Shown: positions 1 to 12,386, numbered from the whole stretch's first letter. The stretch is 61,844 nucleotides of DNA, filler included, from Nemertoderma westbladi (GCA_032718475.1; 4 parts of 4 records of this genome joined end to end with filler, not necessarily neighbours in it), one strand, 5' to 3'. The notes: a model not told the origin generated them from the sequence alone. A program made the numbers and translations.

Positions 1-511
1 TGTTCAATCGCCATCAAAACGCCATCATATCCAACCAAATTCGCTTTTTGCAATTTGAAATGTTTGCTACTTGTAATTTTCGTCCCACCAGCCAGACAAG
101 CACCAAAATTGACAGTTGCGTTACCACGAATGAGTTGTAACGTGTTGTATCGTGATCAGCTACCTTGAAAACCAGTATAGCTTCAGAATTACCAAACCAA
201 AGGCATAATTTGACAGTTTATAATTTTGTGCTAGGCTTACTTGTAATTTTCGTTCTGGGGCATGAGAATAGCACCAAAATTGGGTTTGCATTACCAGAAA
301 TATTTATAACTACTGTAGTTTCATCGTAATCAGCGACCTCGAAAACGTGTGCGTTCAGAATTATCAAACTAAACACAAATTGTTTTTATTTTGACATTAC
401 TTTACTTGTACTTTTCATACTGGGGGACCAAAATAGGAAAAAAATTATGGTTGCTTTTCCAAAAAATATTTTTAACAAGTTTTATCGTGATCAGTGACCT
501 AGAAAACCCTA
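1..511. repeat. Internal subrepeats of a non-autonomous DNA transposon (resembles the interior of the piggyBac-type MITE at 19698-21265)
   Basis: Recurrent GCACCAAAATT and GATCAG(C/T)(G/T)ACCT.GAAAAC units; GCACCAAAATT-type units recur at 20200-21000. Confidence 0.45.
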
Positions 512-529
512 TTATTTAATAGGTTCAGC

Positions 530-955
530 CACAATCTCCCGCAAAGCGGAGGCGGTTTGTTCAAGTGTCAAGCTTGGGGGAACCAATGAGACACCTCCAA
601 TGTTATATAGTGTCTGGTTGGAGATGTGTGAGCAATGTACTTGACACAGTGACCCCGAACTAGCATTCAGAGATTTGGTGTCCGCAGCAATTAGAGCCCA
701 GCATGGACTCTCATAGAGGAGTACTGGGACTATTGCTGCTCTAAATAATAGGACCTTAAGTTTCCAATTAATTATCTGTGACTTCCAAATCCTGGAAAGC
801 CTATGCAAGGCTGCCCATGCCTTTCCCTTACGTATTAGAAGGTCCTCACATCCATGATCCCAAGTAACAGAAGTCGTCCACATGCACAAGCATACCATTC
901 TTTGGGCTTATGCACATACTATCAGATATTTCCTGAGGACTTTCAAAATGAACTG
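530..955 (-). mobile_element. RTE-clade LINE, degenerate RT C-terminal fragment
   Basis: IRKGKAWAALHRLSRIWKS...KLKVLLFRAAIVPVLLY; near-identical to the copy at 50430-50860. Confidence 0.9.
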
Positions 956-1214
956 TCAACATTTTTGTTATTTGATTATTGGGCATTCGTTTTATGTTAT
1001 TATATATATATATATATTAATTTTTATAGTATTTGCGCCTCATTGGGTTATGTCAGTGCTTTAATTGGAATTAGCATGAATTAGTGAGAAAGCGAATTGC
1101 GTTATGTAGGGGACTTTTTAAGTCATAATAGGCCTAGGCCTAATCAAAATAATTTTATTTTATTTCAGGTAGCAGGAGTATAATGGCACAGTCACAGGGA
1201 GATCATGGATACAA

Positions 1215-1682
1215 ATGGATATAAATGATCTTCGTTGTAGCAATATTGCACATGCTAGGAGAGATATTGTACAATGTCACGACAATCATGAGTATATGAT
1301 AAGTATTACTGGTGATTCACATATTAAACATTTATTACATTACATACCCAAATTAGATAGACCTCATGTTGAGCCAGGCATCTATCCAGACTATTTGGGT
1401 CTCAAAACAAGTGTTGGTAAGGTTGAATATTTCTTTCCTGAAATAAGAAAATACGTGCCGACTTTTAAAGAGTTTCTTTGCGTATTGAAGAACTACAAAA
1501 CAATGTTTTATAAACCATGTGCAATCTTTTTGTCACAAGGAGGGAATGATATCGCTGCTGGTGCGACTGTCTCAGAGACAGAGAGCAGTTTGAGACAATA
1601 CTTGCCCAACCTGCATGAATCCACTGGGGCTAAAGTTATTTTGGTAGAGCTATTTCCACATGTGAATAAATGCACTTTTTGA
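1215..1682 (+). pseudogene. SGNH/GDSL hydrolase-like ORF, truncated (copy 1)
   Basis: Block I ITGDSH, block III GGNDI, following AKVILVELFP strand; block V DxxH absent; acceptor-like ttttatttcAG at 1167-1168; paralogous copy at about 21660-22391. Confidence 0.6.
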
Positions 1683-2164
1683 CTACGGATTTATGGACCA
1701 AAGTGCATTTAAAATGTACATACAGGAATGGTTACAAGAAAAAAAACGGTTGGGGTTTCAAATTTTAATACGCAGCATACCGAAATTATTTATTTTAAAA
1801 AATGAATTTAATGTGAATGGAACTTCTAGAAACTTACGGCATAAATGAAAAATAATGTCGATTATGACACCAAATGTCTTTTCCACGATTATTCGACAAT
1901 AACAAATTGTGTCTACCATTCTGATAATAGTGATTCTTGTTTTAATTATTGTTCTGTGAAACTCGCGGTTGGTTATGGGAAATGGTTATCATCGAATTAA
2001 TGTATATATAATTAATTATTGTGTTATTATATGCTTCTTATATTTGTTGATTATACATATACTAGGGTGTGTCTGGAATCACTTTTTTTGCGGAATGGCT
2101 TAGCAACTCATACAATTGAGGAGGCTTGGCATCCTGATATGAATACTGATTTTTTTTCAAAAAT

Positions 2165-2670
2165 CAATGATGGGATCAGGTGGCTCCAGATGGATCAAGA
2201 TATGACGTCATTGGCAGAAAAGGTTATTTTTAGAATATCATTGATTCGTGAAATTATTTTCCAAAAACGGTGCAACTTGCACCAGTGAGAAAGATTAAGG
2301 CATTCAGTTGATTGTTGAAATACATTTTATATTTGATTGATCGGATCAGGTGGCTCCAGATGGATCAAGATATGACGTCATTGGCAGAAAAGGTTATTTT
2401 TAGTAGAATATCATTGATTCGTGAAATTATTTTCCAAAAACGGTACAACTTGCACCAGTGAGAAAGATTAGGGCATTCAGTTGATTGTTGAAATACATTT
2501 TAGATTTGATTGATCGGATCAGGTGGCTCCAGATGAATCAAGATATGTCGTCATTGGTAGAAAAGGCTATTTTTAGAATATCATTGATTTGTGAAATTAT
2601 TTTCCAAAAACGGTACAACTTGCATATAAATGAGAAAGATCCGGGCATTGAGTTGATTGTTGAAAGTTGA
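2165..2670 (+). repeat. Three tandem units of about 170 bp inside the hATm-like element
   Basis: GGATCAGGTGGCTCCAGATG... restarts at about 2173, 2343 and 2516. Confidence 0.85.
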
Positions 2671-3447
2671 TTTTTGAAAGTTGAGTTGATTGTTTAGTTG
2701 ATTGTTTAGTTTTTATTGATGGGACCAGTTGGCTCCAGAGTAACTAAATGGTGACGTCATACCTAAAAATGTCCAATTGAAGAACAAAAAGTGCTAATAA
2801 TAGAACCACTCTCATATGATATGGTAAGTAAAGTAGGAAAATAATGCTGAATCATGCCAATCACTGAATCATGCCAAATAAGAAAGCCTTACATTGATAT
2901 AAAAAAATATAGTACCTTTACTGTACCAAAAAAATACAGTGGCTACAAATTAGCAAATTATATGGCGGGTTTTTTGAAATATGTTTTGGTACTGATTAAT
3001 AGATATTCTCACTAGTCAGTTTCTCCTGTTATGTCTGTCGACTGTGTTACACAGTAAGAAGCCTACATGCTGAAATTCTGAAATATACTACTGTAATTCT
3101 GGAATTTACAGTCTCATTTGCAAACCTCTACCTATAAATATATAAATAGAGTAACATAATAGTAATAAATTAGATTGTGTTTCAAAGTTTGCGGGATAGG
3201 CATCAATTCATTGATTAGGTTTAGCTTTACGGACAGGATACGCCACATCATGGATGTTTTCCATGTGTGCCCGCAGCCCGGTCTGTAAAAATTTACAATT
3301 AAAATGAGAAAATAGAGATGTATAATATGTAAACTGTTTATAAAGCCGATTTTTAGTTTTTAAGTTGGGGAACATTTTGTTTACCCTGTTCTAATTGAAA
3401 TTTTTGAGAATTTTCATAAACTTCCTTTATTTTCTCTGTAGGCCAAG

Positions 3448-3645
3448 GCCACATATTCCACATAATGATGAATTGTTACTTTGTTGCATAGCAACCGTGC
3501 TGTATCAAGATTACTTGCTTCCAAAGAGTGTAGTGGTAAATTAAAAAGCCACATATTCCACAATGATGAATTGTTACTTTGTTGCATAGCAACCGTGCTG
3601 TATCAAGATTACTTGCTTCCAAAGAGTGTAGCGGTAAATTCAAAA
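3448..3645 (+). repeat. Two direct repeats of about 100 bp
   Basis: GCCACATATTCCAC...CAAAGAGTGTAG(T/C)GGTAAATT occurs twice. Confidence 0.9.
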
Positions 3646-5621
3646 GACATCAATGCCTAAGGTTTCAAAAAACATTGTAGTAGGCCTACTGTATAGTATT
3701 ATATTTTACTGTAATATTAGTATTATAAGTATTATCGCGAGTTGTATTTAGGATCTTGTGTACATGTGAAATGAGTACAAGAACCAGCACTGCCAAACTA
3801 TATGGCCAACCAGCCAAACTACCATTCAATCAATTACCTACCCTTAGAGAAGTTCTACAACACTACCAGTACACAAAAGAAGATTACAAAACAGCAAATG
3901 CTACAAGTAAGGAACCTGGATACCGCACAATTTCGCAACTAGTGGCAAATGATGTTACAGAGATTTATGCACATGCCAGCATACCAACTATCAGTGTTGA
4001 AGGTATCATTAAAAAGATAATCAAATCAGTATTGGATGTAAAGAAATTGAAAAAGTTTTGAGATGATCAAAAGTCGAAGCCATATTATGTGGAAAGAGTT
4101 GAAATGATGCAAACAAATTTTAATGGACTGTTTGATGTTGTTGATGATAAAAGTGTTGCTGCTAGAGAGTTGGATTTCTTGAAAGATCAGCGTAATAATC
4201 GAAGGATGGTTATCGGTAGTCTAGATCGTTTAGTGAGTACAGCTAACATCAAGCGGGTTACCATAAATTATCAGGCAGCTCAGCGGCATGAGCGAGAAGC
4301 AGTAAGACGTAGGTTATCTTATCCTTTAGTTTGTGAGGAATCAGTTCCTGATTCTCTTCCAAATTCTATAACTAATCAAAATGATGGAATTCCAAATAAA
4401 GTAGTGAAACGTTCTGATGGCCAAGACACCAAGATTGACAGCAGCGATGATGAATCTTGTTACAATTTCAAAAAGCCTCAGCCACTCGTTAATGTCTCAG
4501 CTGTTTGCCATGAAGCCAGTCGGTATGGTGTATCTTTAAGAGCAACAGCTGCAATTGCCTCAGCTACTCTCAGTGATAGCACTTGCAACGAACGAAAATG
4601 CAAGGATGGCCAAATATGGCAATGCCCTGTGCGCAATTGCAGGAAGGAGAAGCTATTCGTCACAAATAATAATAATGGTAACAACAATGGTAAAGAAATC
4701 ACTGAGCTGCCCAGAGTTCCAGTTCATTATTACAAAAGCGATCAATTGAATGGATTGACTTTGCAAATAGGGTATTTAGCACTGCCCAGAGTTATCTCTA
4801 GTATAGAGCTATTGTTGACTAAGGTCAGTGTATTGTCTGACCTATCAGCAAAACCTCATAGCACCACTGAAAAACAGTGGGATTTAATACAAGCATCGTT
4901 GGGAACCTTTTATACAGAAGCAGTTGCGATGCAAGATTTGCTATTCACACAAAGCGTAAAGGCTATCAATAAGAAGATGAAAAGCGCGGCCTGGAACAAG
5001 CTGGGAGCAAAGGGAAGTAATTTGCCTGAAAACATAAAGGCACAATTTGATGTATCAACTTCTTTCCCGTATCTGTTAAAGAGAGGGGCCACAATCCATG
5101 GCAGATTGAGAAGCATCTAGAAGGGCAATAAAAAATTAAAAGACGCGGAGGGGTTGCTGAAAAAATCCAGAGCAATAAGAAAGAGATTGGTGGATGGAGT
5201 ATCCTCCCCCTTTCAGAAAGAAGCAATCTTGAGGCTCTTCACGGATGAAGGATTCCAAAACGGTAAGGAGCTACTAAAAAGTAAATTGATAACTTTAACT
5301 TTATACACGAAGCCCAAGAGAAATGCCCAATACACCCTCAGTCTGTCCCACTGGTGGCTCCGGAGGAATGACCCCCCATTTAAGAGAACAGTGGAAAGAA
5401 TTTTTCCTTACGCTACAGCAGATACCATTGACAACGATACATGACCCATGGGTCCCAATCATGGCATGTATGGAAGCATTTTCGGAGAATCCCGAAACTA
5501 TTTGCAACATGTTTCCTGTGGGAGAGGAGTATAAAATACCCTCTAGTTCTGAGTGGACAAGACTGAGCACCTCCAAGAAAGCTCAAGAATCACAACAGGC
5601 TATTGTACCAGTAGTGGCAAA

Positions 5622-6140
5622 ATTTGGAAGTCACCGAGAATTAATTGGAAACTTAAGGTCCGATTATTTAGAGCAGCAGTAGTTCCAGTACTCCTCTACG
5701 GGAGTCCATGCTGGGCTCTAACTGCAGAGGACACCAAATCGCTGGATGGCACATTCACAAGAATGCTACACCGGTTTCATTGTGTCAAGTACAATGCACA
5801 CATCTCCAACCAAACACTATATAACATTGGAGGTATCTCATTGGTCCCCCCAAGCTTGACACTAGAACAAAATCGCCTCCGCTTTGCAGGACATTGCTTT
5901 CGCCGTGAGGACCAGCCAGTGCATAATCTTGTACTTTGGCAGCCTCATGGAGTGAATAAGCATGGTGGACAGCTCATGTCTTTCTTGAGACGCATCTTAA
6001 AGGACACTGGCCTTGAAGATGCGGATGATCTAGCAAATTTCATGGGTGATAGGGAGTTGTGGCGGTGCAATTTTGTTGACAAGCCGGCACAGCATTTTTA
6101 AAAATGCAGCTGCAATGCAGCATGCCGATCCTAGTAGTAG
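5622..6140 (+). mobile_element. RTE LINE 3' end with (TAG)n tail
   Basis: IWKSPRINWKLKVRLF...LRFAGHCFRR...DRELWR; 3' UTR ATGCAGCTGCAATGCAGCATGCCGATCC followed by TAGTAGTAG. Confidence 0.9.
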
Positions 6141-6590
6141 ACCTCTACAAGGCGCATAAAGAGTCCCGACTCAAACAGACTACAGCGGCCAAGAATGCAG
6201 TTAAGGCTGCATCTAGGTCCCTGAACAGGCAGCACTCTGTTAATTTACAGGAGCTAATAAACCAACAGGTTGATGCCATCAATGATGCTGACGACAGCAG
6301 GCAATCATCCCAGGCATGGAGATCGATCAACTTGCTTGCTGGTCGAAAAAGCCAACCAACCACCAAGGTTAAGGCTGAATCACCAGCCAATCGCCTCAAT
6401 GGTTGGAAGGCCCACTTTGAAAAGCTCCTCAATAATGACAGGGTATTGCCTGGTAACTTTAAAGAAGTAAAAGTGTCTGAGTCTGTACTACCAGATATTC
6501 CCATTGTTGATATCTCCTTTGCAGAAGTGAAGGCTGCTGCAAAGAGCATTAAGACCAATCGTGCCAGTGGAGTGGATGGTGTTCCCGATG
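6141..6590 (+). mobile_element. RTE LINE fragment (endonuclease-RT linker to RT start)
   Basis: AWRSINLLAGRK...WKAHFEKLLN...EVKAAAKSIKTNRASGVDGVP. Confidence 0.8.
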
Positions 6591-7137
6591 GTGATGGGGA
6601 CTTGGACAATCAGTTCCTGGCTTACATTATATCCTATAGTTGGCCAATCAGTGATCAGAACGCCTTCCAATTGTGTAGCTAGCTTACCTAGGCCCTAAGG
6701 CAGTTGCTTAGCTGGAAACAATTGGAAGCTTATACAAAATTAATTATTATTAGTTTGCTTATTAATTTGAACCATATACAATAATATAATTTTTTAGCTT
6801 TCAAAGCCAATACTGATGTTGATAAATCATCGTATTGTGCTCCCTAGAGATATGATACTGGTGTTTTTATGATTTTATACTGAAATTACGATAATTTTAT
6901 AGGACCCCAATTGTTTCTTTTATCAATTAGTTCAGTTTTAAAAAATTTAGACCTATGCTTATTTTTAGGGAAATTTAGAAATAAAAATAAAAAATATACC
7001 GGTACAAAAATATTCTGATAGTGACTAATAAGATTTACTTATCTATATTATAACTTTTAAGCTACAAATATATTAGATATAGATATTAGAGATATAGATA
7101 TAATATAGATATACATAAATATAAATAGATAGTAAGT

Positions 7138-7298
7138 ATGGGTAAATATATTTGGAAAACAAAGTCCCGAGATTATAAAACTACATATTCTGATAATGAT
7201 TTAAAGGCAGCGCTTTGGGCAATAAAATCGGGGAAGAAACTCTTAACAGTTAAGAAAGAATACAAGATTCCTTATGGAACACTGTGGCGTGCAGTTAA
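7138..7298 (+). pseudogene. pogo/Fot1-like transposase N-terminal psq-type HTH, truncated
   Basis: Manual translation MGKYIWKTKSRDYKTTYSDNDLKAALWAIKSGKKLLTVKKEYKIPYGTLWRAVK. Confidence 0.65.
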
Positions 7299-8651
7299 GG
7301 GTAGAGGGTAGGTTGTAGGTTCAAAAAAACGGGAAAAATTTTTTTGTAGTGTTTTGTGCAGAATTTTATGGGGAAACCGAATAAAAAAACAATTTGTCCA
7401 TATCTTGATTCGTTTTCATTATTGTTGGTAAATTATCCATAGCGGGAAATTCAAATTTTATAAATTACAATGTTAGATCAACTTCTATTTTTTATAGGAC
7501 ATGTAGGCCTAGATAGTACAGTAGTAGGCCTGTCAGTGCCAAGGCATAAATTATTGCAGAAGGCACTTTTCATTACTCTTCTATAGACTCTTTAATTAAT
7601 TAATTGTCATTACTACTGACTACTGTACTTTTAATTAAGATAATTACGTCAGTACATGTCAGTCAGTATAGCAACATGCGGTGATACTGGTAACTGTTGA
7701 ATATACTGTAGATCAAGCCTACCTATGTTGCCACTGTGCTGCTGTGCATATACCATGGAACATTTATTTCATTGTACTCAAAGTACTAAGCTAACGGCTA
7801 AACATAAATATCAAGGAAACCTCTAATACTAAACGCGGATCGAAGTGTGCAGCATATAGAAATATAAAACTAATACACAGAGAGCTACTTCTGCAAATGG
7901 TGGCTATATAATTATTCATAGTGATATATTGACAAAAGTTTTAGGATCATATGTTGTTTGTAAGAGTTGTAAGGAAGGTATCATTTCTCTTCGAATTGGT
8001 GATGATCATGTTGGCCTATCAGTTCAACTCAATCTTGACTGCGATAAATGTCAACTCAAAGAGAGCTGTATGTCGTCACCAAATACAACTACAAAAAATA
8101 AACTGTATGATGTCAATATGAGAGCAGTTTATGCGTTTTGCTGTTTTGGTTTGGGGAAAGAGAGTGCAGAAACATTCTGCGCGATGATGGATCTACCACC
8201 ACCACTTACTAAACAATCCAAGTATCAACAAATTATAAAAGATAGTCTGGAGAGAATATCATTATCTTCAATGAAGAATGCTGCCAAAGAAGCAGTACTA
8301 GAAAATCATAGTGACGTAAAGACGGACATTGCTATTAGCCTTGATGGCTCATGGCAGAAGCGGGGGCATAAGTCCCTCAATGGTATTGTGAGCTGTACAT
8401 CTGTGGACACTGGACGAATTATAGATGTCCAGACTTTCTCGAAATACTGCCATCAGTGTACTATGATAAACCTTATCAAGGATACAACAAAGAAGTTTGA
8501 GGCTATGGAGCTACACAAGAATATGTGTTTGAAGAATTACGCAGGATCTAGTGGGGGAATGGAAGTAGCTGGGGCTAAGGCGATATTTTGTAGATCAATA
8601 TCTGAGCGGGGGGGTCCGTTATACACAGTGTCTCTGTGTACATTGGTATAG
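7299..8651 (+). mobile_element. Kolobok-type (Mutator-like transposase domain) DNA transposon, 5' part; partial transposase 7929-8651
   Basis: CxxC...CxxC, SLDGSWQKRGHKSLNG, SKYCHQC, NYAGSSGGME; apparent terminus GG directly after TTAA (7295-7298). Confidence 0.7.
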
Positions 8652-9387
8652 GATGGGATGGGGGGACAAAAAAGACAGACATAGTATCCTAGAAAGCTTA
8701 CACATTAGAAGCTTTAGGTCCAAGAGCCATTAATAAGCGTTTGTAGGTCACCAGTTACTTACAGTTTGTAAGTAGTACAGTAGTATGTACTGTAGCAGTC
8801 TTGTCGTGCTAATTGGCCTGTGCGATTTTGTGCTATTTCAGTATTTAATATGCAATTTCCATTCATTATTAATAATTAGGCCACTTCCATATTTCCATAT
8901 TATAACTTCTGTATATAGGACTGTATGCATTGATACATTGATAAGTACCGGCTATTGCCGTCGAAATATATTTGTAATTAATTACCATATTATATATACT
9001 ATATTATTATATACGTCTCCAACTTTAGTCTTATTACACAATAGTATTATTATTAATAAACTACTAACAACTAATATTACTATTAATAAACATTATTAAA
9101 AAGTGATAACAATTCCACTTAATTCACTGAATTATTAAAATCGTCACAACAAACGTACAATTACACAAAAATACACCTTATGTCATTTAACCAAATATTA
9201 TCGTATAAACCAATATTATCGGTGGCCACCACTCATCCCCACACTGTCTTCCTCCAAGGAGGCAGAGCAGCTTGGCCTGTCCTGTAGCGTAGAAGTGCGA
9301 AGAGAATGAGCAATGAGAAGGAGATTAGAAAGATGAGCTGTTGCAACTGTAATTAAAGGTGTTATATTATGGTTTTGATCAGAAGTG

Positions 9388-9496
9388 GAAAAAATGAGAA
9401 AGTGCATCACTGGGGGTTGAACCAGCTCTATACGTAAGTTTCGGCCTAACAGGCCTCATCAGTAGCGCATTGCTAACCAGCTCAGCCACTAGCCCC
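9388..9496 (-). ncRNA. tRNA-like Pol III unit containing a minimal type I hammerhead ribozyme
   Basis: Minus strand GGGGCTAG-TGGCTGAGCTGG(A box)-TTAGCAAT-GCGCTA-CTGATGA-GGCCT-GTT-AGGCC-GAAAC-TTAC-GTA-TAGAGC-T-GGTTCAACCC(B box)-CCAG...TTTTTT. Confidence 0.8.
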
Positions 9497-9561
9497 TGAC
9501 TCTCACACTCCCACCTATTCCACTTCTATTGAATGGGCAGTCTTAAGTTGCATCAGCTATA

Positions 9562-9900
9562 ATGAACCGTGTCAGACAATGCGGACTACAAAGAGTGAGA
9601 ATGGTGATCTCTGATGACGTTCTAGTACAGGATGTTAGTAATATACATAGCGAGTTTCCCCACGCTGGATGTAGGTTAGTAAATACAATTTTGCAAACTC
9701 AGAATGTATTTGTTAGTTTAAACCGTGTTAGCACCATTTTGCGCGAGATTGACCCTATTTCAACATCGGCATGGTGGGGAGAAGTTGTGGAATGACGAAG
9801 GTACTCTGATGTAGCATCTTACATAATCACCAATCGTGGTTGCGACCATGGAAGCTATATCGCGGGGTGGAGTATGCATAATCAGTGGATAACTGTTTGG
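9562..9900 (+). pseudogene. Degenerate integrase-core (IS3EU-like) transposase fragment
   Basis: PHAGCRLV...NRVSTILREIDP, and downstream GWSMHNQWI resembling the GxSxHNQRIE motif. Confidence 0.5.
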
Positions 9901-10929
9901 AATAATCATTCACAGGCTAAGGACGGAAAGCTATTTGTCACCCTGTAAAATATTTTTAAACAGATAATAGATAATCAACATTCATGTAAATCAGCAGCTA
10001 CATCTCACCTCCTAAGTTTGCAGTGTAAAAATAAGTACAATAGTTTCTACATTAAAGTTATTAGTTATCATTTAAAAATATATTGGACAAATATATCAAT
10101 AAATCTATCCATCAACCATCTTGGAACCCTTCTTTTGGCACTATTACGTTTTTTTGAAAATTCAAGGCATTAAATATGAATTGTAATTTTTTCCTCTCCA
10201 TTATTTAGTTACATCAAATTTTTCGTGCTCACTATTCGAAGAAATGCATCAAATGTGTGTGAAATTGATGGTTTCACAGAAATCCCGTTCAACAACAGTT
10301 CTGCCATTGTTGATAAGTTTCAGCAGTCCATGTTATGCCACCCAGAAATCGAACCGCTATTGGCTGATTCTGATTGAATATAACAGAGCAGTAGGGCGAG
10401 ATACAGTTTTGTCTATGGCACTCCACTACTATGGGTACTGTACTACATACTCTGATACTCTAGCTGTCTAGCTAAATGCATAGGGCCTATTATGTGTTGC
10501 TTTAAATGCAATCATTAAAGATTATGCCACATAATCTAAGGCCTAGGCCAGACTCTGTATCTTACAGTCTTAGCATTATGCCTACAGGCCTATAGCAGTA
10601 GACTGTCAATTAGTCAGTATAATTTATATAAAACCAGCACAAAGCAATAACAATAAGGAAGTGTAAGCATACAGTACATGCAGAGCAGAGGTATTATACA
10701 CAAACATTAGGCATACAGCTGTACAGACAGACAGATCTCAGTATGCAAAGATCTTACATTTAGTACTGCTGTACAGAATTTAATGACTGTATGACATTGG
10801 TGACTGCGTGCAGCAGTTCTGCAGTTGTCAGGAAACCAGCTGGAATAATGGTTTTACATTTTAGGGGTAGCAGCAGTAATACTGATTTGCCAGTAGTACT
10901 GATAAACCAGCGTTAAAACGAAAATAAAG

Positions 10930-11120
10930 CCTGTAAATTTCTATAAAATATCGTGTTGCAATGTCCGAAGTCAGGCCGGTTCCGAAAATGCCACAATTGT
11001 GATAAATGGTAGAGATGAGGCAAATCGTGCGTATAAGCGAACAACAGACAGACAGACACATGCGAGATTTTATATATATAATAGACTTGAAAGCCGTGGC
11101 TTTCGACCACTGCTTTCTAG
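10930..11120. mobile_element. Non-autonomous Helitron termini
   Basis: Minus strand 5' TCTATTATATATATAAAA...(GTCT)n from 11085; plus strand hairpin GTGG-CTTTCGA-CCAC followed by CTAG|T at 11117-11121. Confidence 0.5.
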
Positions 11121-11268
11121 TATGTAAGCTGATCATCATATCAATAAGTTAACAAAAGTTGCTTAAAATAACTTAACTTGAGAAATAGTTGAAGTCCCAG
11201 CGGGGTATCTCAGTCTAATGAGGAATAGTATAATAAGCGCAAACTGAAAAAAGCCATATAGTTATAGT

Positions 11269-11307
11269 TCGAACGTTTCGATTTAATCAATAAACCATCT
11301 TCAGCGA
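11269..11307 (-). ncRNA. Minimal hammerhead ribozyme in Penelope pLTR
   Basis: TCG-CTGAAGA-T-GGTTTA-TTGAT-TAAATC-GAAAC-GTT-CGA. Confidence 0.7.
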
Positions 11308-11697
11308 GATAAGGGCAGTAAGAACAAGAACTGTTCGGTGAGTCTCAGTTGTAGGCGGTTGAGATCACGTCGTTTCTTAGAGAGTTCAGTGACCAAAAGC
11401 CGACGTTGGCAAGAGTGGTATTCCGGAGTTCCGATGAGTAGGTTGTCCGATGTTTTGAAATGGAGAAAGTGGGGGATTAGATCAGAATCGATACATTTTT
11501 GGAGGAATTGTACATCAAGTTTAGTTTTTTCTACTTTAAACTGCGTTTTCTCAAAGACACGGAAAGTCTTTAAAGATTCACTGGGGTAGCGCTTGTTAAA
11601 TATAGAAATAGTTGAAGTCCCAGCGGGGTATCTCAGTCTAATGAGGAATAGTATAATAAGCGCAAACTGGAAAAAAGCCATATAGTTATATTATAGT

Positions 11698-11736
11698 TCG
11701 AACGTTTCGATTTAATCAATAAACCATATTCAGCGA
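11698..11736 (-). ncRNA. Second pLTR hammerhead with a core mutation (probably inactive)
   Basis: Same sequence as 11269-11307 but CTGAATA instead of CTGAAGA. Confidence 0.6.
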
Positions 11737-12386
11737 GATAAGGGCAGTTATGTACGTATGCAGTATGTGCTATATGGCTTTTTTCCAGTTTGCGCTTATT
11801 ATGCTATTCCTAACTTAACTTGGTTTCGTTCGATAACTTAATTTCATGTTTTACTATTTCGCCTACAGTTGTTTAATTAATAAGCTTAAATGCAACTGCT
11901 TATGGTTTTGTCTGAGCTCGCTCGACCATGTATTAGTTCTTTATGGTTCTTTGGGTTTATTATGGTTATGTATGATTGTTTAATTAACTACAACACAACC
12001 AACATGGTTTGACATTGTGTGACATCACAGGGACCTTTTCAGCTTATAACAAATTAACATTAATTTGAGACCCCACCATGTTCTACTGTAATTCTATCTA
12101 GTCTATTCTATCTACTGTAATTCTATCTACTTTATGAACGCTATTGCTTTCAGTTAAAATGGGTTAAGCGTAAATCTGATATGACAGTATCAGAATAATG
12201 AAATCCGTTCGAAATTCCTTTCGAATTATCTTCTCAACTGGTGTGCTATTCCTGTCATTGGCCCTAGCGACCCTATATGTCGCCGAACCCGAGGGTGGTG
12301 TACAGAACCATGGTTCCTATCGCTTTAACATGGGTTGTGTCTTTATCTCCTTTGAAAGGTTCCCCTGGATTTCTGTGGGGGCATTC

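Larger units (their letters stand above)
2063..4580 (+). mobile_element. hATm-like DNA transposon, left part with disrupted transposase N-terminus (ORFs 3756-4061 and 4089-about 4580)
   Basis: Terminus TAGGGTGTGTC at 2063; motifs LPTLREVL, ASIPTIS, FLKDQRNNRRMVIGSLD, SRYGVSLRATAAIASA; in-frame stop at 4059-4061. Confidence 0.6.
11181..11812 (-). mobile_element. Internally deleted Penelope-like element: two direct pLTRs, ORF N-terminus and a short inverted pLTR piece
   Basis: Direct repeats 11181-11318 and 11604-11747; ORF 11301-11681 (KLDVQFLQKCIDSDLIPHFL); 11771-11812 is an inverted copy of about 11643-11683. Confidence 0.8.

Noticed and set aside
3482-3594. RFX X-box-like GTTGCATAGCAAC, twice
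   Set aside because: Lies inside a transposon subrepeat with no linked host gene
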